NCBI GenBank assembly: GCA_044225175.1
Contig: JBGAJA010000004.1
Span: 81,631 to 145,630 of the forward strand
Length of the DNA stretch: 64,000 bases
Source of the DNA: Candidatus Omnitrophota bacterium
GTDB taxonomy: Bacteria; Omnitrophota; Gorgyraeia; Zapsychrales; Fredricksoniimonadaceae
Direction of reading: 5' to 3'
In this document: positions 60,855 through 64,000 of the stretch, piece after piece
How the letters are laid out: each line of letters opens with the position of its first letter
Numbering within the stretch: the first letter of the stretch is position 1
The notes under the pieces: generated by a model
The model's database searches: none
What the model was told of the DNA's origin: nothing
The model's input: the letters and a program-made list of their open reading frames with translations, nothing else
Made by a program: the position numbers and the translations under genes

Positions 60855-61172
60855 TTATAAGGAGATTTTATCAGCCCAGATAGAGACGACAGGTAAACGT
60901 AAAAATTCACCTTTAAGAACGGCTATTAAGCAGCAAAATGATAATGCCATCAGAATAAACATAAGCGGAGCTAGAATAAATGGAAATACAATACTTAAAA
61001 TCCAAACAGCAACTTGTGAAATAAAAAGAACAAGCCCCTGTTTACCGTGGGCTAAGACAAATGGATTGTTTTTCTTTAAGATTAAAGGAATGATGCAAAG
61101 AATGGACAAGTAAGCGAGCAGAGCGTAAATCTTACCATCAAGTATGACTTCCCTTGAAAAACCCTGCTGCAT
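60855..61172 (-). CDS. Small membrane protein (DUF4870-like)
   Basis: ALLAYLSILCIIPL, FVLAHGKQGLVLF, LPVV. Confidence 0.7.
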   Translation of the reverse strand: MQQGFSREVILDGKIYALLAYLSILCIIPLILKKNNPFVLAHGKQGLVLFISQVAVWILSIVFPFILAPLMFILMALSFCCLIAVLKGEFLRLPVVSIWADKISL

Positions 61173-62353
61173 TAAGCTTTGACCTCAACGAGAGAATTGA
61201 TATCGCCAAACGAATTGCGTTCAATATTTTGATTATCAGGATCTTTTTGCCATTTCCCATCTACGATGAATTGGTATTTATAGACTCCAGGTTTCAAATT
61301 AACGCTCAGTCTCCACATTCCATGACTATTGGTCATTCGACATTTTTCATCTAAAGACCAGTCATTGAAAGATCCCGTAACATAGACATTTTGTGCTTCT
61401 GGTGCCTTCAAAGAGAAATTAGCGAGCCCCATAAATTCTGTTGATTGTTTCTCAACTAGCTCTTGCATACGTTCTGAAGGTTCATATGTTTTAATTGTCT
61501 CTTGGGCAACAAATATTTCTTCTGTAGCTTTAAGAGGTTCTTTGGCCAAAGGCTCTTTAACCAAACGTTCTTCTTTAACCACATTGAATTCAGCAGGGCG
61601 ATCTAACATGAGGATTTCCATAGCCAAACTTAAATAATCTTTAGAGCCACGGCAATATTTATCATATTTGATAACTGCTTCCCCCATGACGGCAGATTCT
61701 TTTAACTTAACATTGACATGGACAATTGTGTCATAAATTAATTTACCAAACTTCTCTTTCATTTTAGATAGCATGGTAAATGAATGACGCAAACGAGAAT
61801 CAAACATAGTAACTAAAATTCTCTCTTGAACTGGATGATTAAGTCTGTCGCGGATCAAATTAATGATATCTGTTAAATGATCTACCCCCTGCATCGAAAA
61901 ACGGCTGGTTTCAACAGGGATAATGACTTGATCCGAAGCTCGGATGGAATTGACCGTTAAGAAACCTAAGCTTGGCGGACAATCAATTAAAATATAATCA
62001 TATAAATCTTTAATTTCTGAAATTGTCTCGACCAATTTTAATTCACGACCAATTTCATCAGTCAATTCCTGTTCTAACGTTCCAACAAGAATGTTCGATG
62101 GAACAATGTCAAAATTGTTGTCGACACGTTTAATAATTTCTTTGATTTTAAGTTTTCGAGGGGTAAGTTTAGAAATAATGTTGTAGAGACTGTAGCTGTC
62201 GTCGATATTTAAGCCTAATGTCGCATGAGCCTGAGGATCCAAGTCAATCAAAAGGGTTTTCTTTCCGTTAAATGCTAATGTGGCAGCTAAATTAATGGAG
62301 CTCGTTGTTTTCCCACATCCACCTTTTTGATTGGCAATCGAAATAATTTTCAT
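61172..62353 (-). CDS. ParA/Soj ATPase fused to C-terminal glycogen-binding CBM48/AMPK-beta-type domain
   Basis: NQKGGCGKTT, DLDPQ, DCPPSLG; C-terminal APEAQNVYVTGSFNDW...LKPGVYKYQFIVDGKW..DP...G..NS. Confidence 0.9.
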   Translation of the reverse strand: MKIISIANQKGGCGKTTSSINLAATLAFNGKKTLLIDLDPQAHATLGLNIDDSYSLYNIISKLTPRKLKIKEIIKRVDNNFDIVPSNILVGTLEQELTDEIGRELKLVETISEIKDLYDYILIDCPPSLGFLTVNSIRASDQVIIPVETSRFSMQGVDHLTDIINLIRDRLNHPVQERILVTMFDSRLRHSFTMLSKMKEKFGKLIYDTIVHVNVKLKESAVMGEAVIKYDKYCRGSKDYLSLAMEILMLDRPAEFNVVKEERLVKEPLAKEPLKATEEIFVAQETIKTYEPSERMQELVEKQSTEFMGLANFSLKAPEAQNVYVTGSFNDWSLDEKCRMTNSHGMWRLSVNLKPGVYKYQFIVDGKWQKDPDNQNIERNSFGDINSLVEVKA

Positions 62354-62373
62354 AAATTTTTTGATCCTTTTGG

Positions 62374-62946
62374 CTAGTTAGAAAATGCTAAATCATCAAT
62401 AAGAACTGTGCCTTTTTTGAAATCCATGTTCCATGCTTCAAGAACAAAAGACACATCTGTTACAGTGCTCCAATCCGTCAAATTCAATTTATCCAGAGGG
62501 ATACTGACTTTCTGCCATCCTGTCTGAACATTTTGAATGTAGTATGTGGCCTTTTCATTGCGTTGATTCCCTAGAATCATCTTGATAACTCCCGGCGCTT
62601 CATTTAATCCACGTATCGATAAATTTAAATGACTATATTTTGAAATATCCTTATTCGGGATCGTAATTGTAAATGTTTTTGTCGACGGAAATGGGTCATT
62701 AAGATCATAAACAATGCGTATTGGATTATTATTTAAAGAATAAAAAACTTCATTCTTCAATGATACTCGTCGAGTTAAAAAAGCTGTGAACCCATAGACC
62801 GTTGAAACAAGAATCACCGCTGTAATCACAATATTGATAATCAGCCATGACTTATTTAAAGTCTTCTTCTTTTTTTCTTGAACAACATTTTCTCTCTTGC
62901 CTAAATAAACCTTGGCAAGATGATCATAAATTTCATCGCGCGTCAT
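62374..62946 (-). CDS. Single-TM protein with carbohydrate-binding-like beta-sandwich (CBM11/CIA30-like)
   Basis: TM near N-terminus; WQKVSIPL...GTVLIDDLAF. Confidence 0.6.
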   Translation of the reverse strand: MTRDEIYDHLAKVYLGKRENVVQEKKKKTLNKSWLIINIVITAVILVSTVYGFTAFLTRRVSLKNEVFYSLNNNPIRIVYDLNDPFPSTKTFTITIPNKDISKYSHLNLSIRGLNEAPGVIKMILGNQRNEKATYYIQNVQTGWQKVSIPLDKLNLTDWSTVTDVSFVLEAWNMDFKKGTVLIDDLAFSN

Positions 62947-63101
62947 ACTACTTTTTACTCGCTTCTATCTATAAAAAATTATGAATGATCTATAAATAAT
63001 TCAATGTTATTAACTTAATAAAAATATATTAACAAAGAAAAATGAAATACAAAATGTTATCTAAACTATTTTTATTATTGAAAAAAAGTTTGTCGACGGA
63101 G

Positions 63102-63141
63102 AAAAGAAAAACCCCGCCTCGTTTTCACGAGACGGGGTTTT
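63102..63141 (-). terminator. Rho-independent terminator of the porin gene
   Basis: AAAACCCCGTCTCGT-GAAA-ACGAGGCGGGGTTTTTCTTTT on the minus strand. Confidence 0.85.
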
Positions 63142-63165
63142 AATCGTGCGAAATGATCTTCTAAA

Positions 63166-64000
63166 TTAGAAGTTCACATTCACGTGAGCTAATGCTTGAC
63201 TTGCAGTGCTGTCGTTAGCATTTGCAAACAACTTTCCTGGAACGAACCAACCTAAAGAAACACCTAATGTAACATCTTCAGTGTAGGCATAGTTGACGTT
63301 AACGTCATATTCATTGCCCATGTCTTTGCGGCTAGTTGTTGTAGGAGCAGCTGAAGTTCCATCTGGTTGACGGAATGTTAATGCATTTTCTGTACCAACT
63401 TTTCTATCTGCCCATAAACCGCTCCATGTTACAGCAGCAGTTACATCTTGGATAGGAGCAGCAGAAACACCAACAGCAACGATATTCATGTTGGTTAAAT
63501 CAAACAAGGTATTGTAGATTGTACCACTACCTTGAGCTTCATTGAACGGATCCCAAGCGGTGTACACTTCGCGAGAAGCAGGATTACCACTTGTAGAACG
63601 ATTCACACTACCATTCTTATCACCTGAAACATGCGTATAAGCAGCATTCACGCCTGTTTTGTATTTTTCTAATTCAGCAACTGGAATTGCATAGTTTGCC
63701 ATTAATTGATAAGCAAATGCAGAACGACGAAGGTTATCACCTTGTGCAGGTAATGGTGTTGAATCATTATTACCCTTACGTCCTAATTGCCAAGCAACTT
63801 CCGCTTGAGTGTTTAATCCTTTGATAGGATTTGTGCTCACGCGTAAACCAGGAACGTATAATTGATCACCTTTGTCAGAAGCAGCTCCGTTGACAGTGGT
63901 ATTCTTATCACCAGAAACGCGAGAGAAGAAATAACCTTCAACAACAGAGTTCATTGCATCGCCTAATTGATAATTGGCGTTAAGACCTAACACATCAGAT
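63166..64000 (-). CDS. Alginate-export-family outer-membrane beta-barrel, 3' part (runs off window end)
   Basis: Amphipathic strands, YTHVSGD, MGNEYD, GWFVPG, terminal Phe; frame open to window end. Confidence 0.75.
   Translation of the reverse strand, partial: SDVLGLNANYQLGDAMNSVVEGYFFSRVSGDKNTTVNGAASDKGDQLYVPGLRVSTNPIKGLNTQAEVAWQLGRKGNNDSTPLPAQGDNLRRSAFAYQLMANYAIPVAELEKYKTGVNAAYTHVSGDKNGSVNRSTSGNPASREVYTAWDPFNEAQGSGTIYNTLFDLTNMNIVAVGVSAAPIQDVTAAVTWSGLWADRKVGTENALTFRQPDGTSAAPTTTSRKDMGNEYDVNVNYAYTEDVTLGVSLGWFVPGKLFANANDSTASQALAHVNVNF

Overview
Bacterial chromosomal window, probably Omnitrophota/PVC-like (inferred from the giant-protein family, not proven). It carries housekeeping blocks: glutathione synthesis with BolA/glutaredoxins, metH, apt, a sigma-70, ppdK, glyQS, the riboflavin operon with nusB, ppx-ppk1-ROK, slyD, a ParA-CBM48 fusion and an alginate-export-type porin. 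It also has a surface-glycosylation region around tRNA-Arg(CCT). The standout is a family of four paralogous secreted giant proteins: a 5' part at 1-1584 missing from the ORF track, and a tandem array at 27197-47356. They share a signal peptide plus a conserved ~350-aa N-domain (cut short in the 371-aa member) and, in the three complete members, a C-terminal GGIDLNP domain. Between these, cargo modules (HExxH/coiled-coil/vWA, tandem MoxR-like AAA+, WD40 propellers) are separated by a recurring [D/N]-x-A-[M/Q] motif, which suggests an exported polyprotein/effector system. The N-domain loops contain in-frame insertions of three kinds of small palindromic DNA element; two of them (GTAG-type REPs and a 23-bp AAAAAGGTGTCWGACACCTTTTT palindrome) also occur intergenically in the window.
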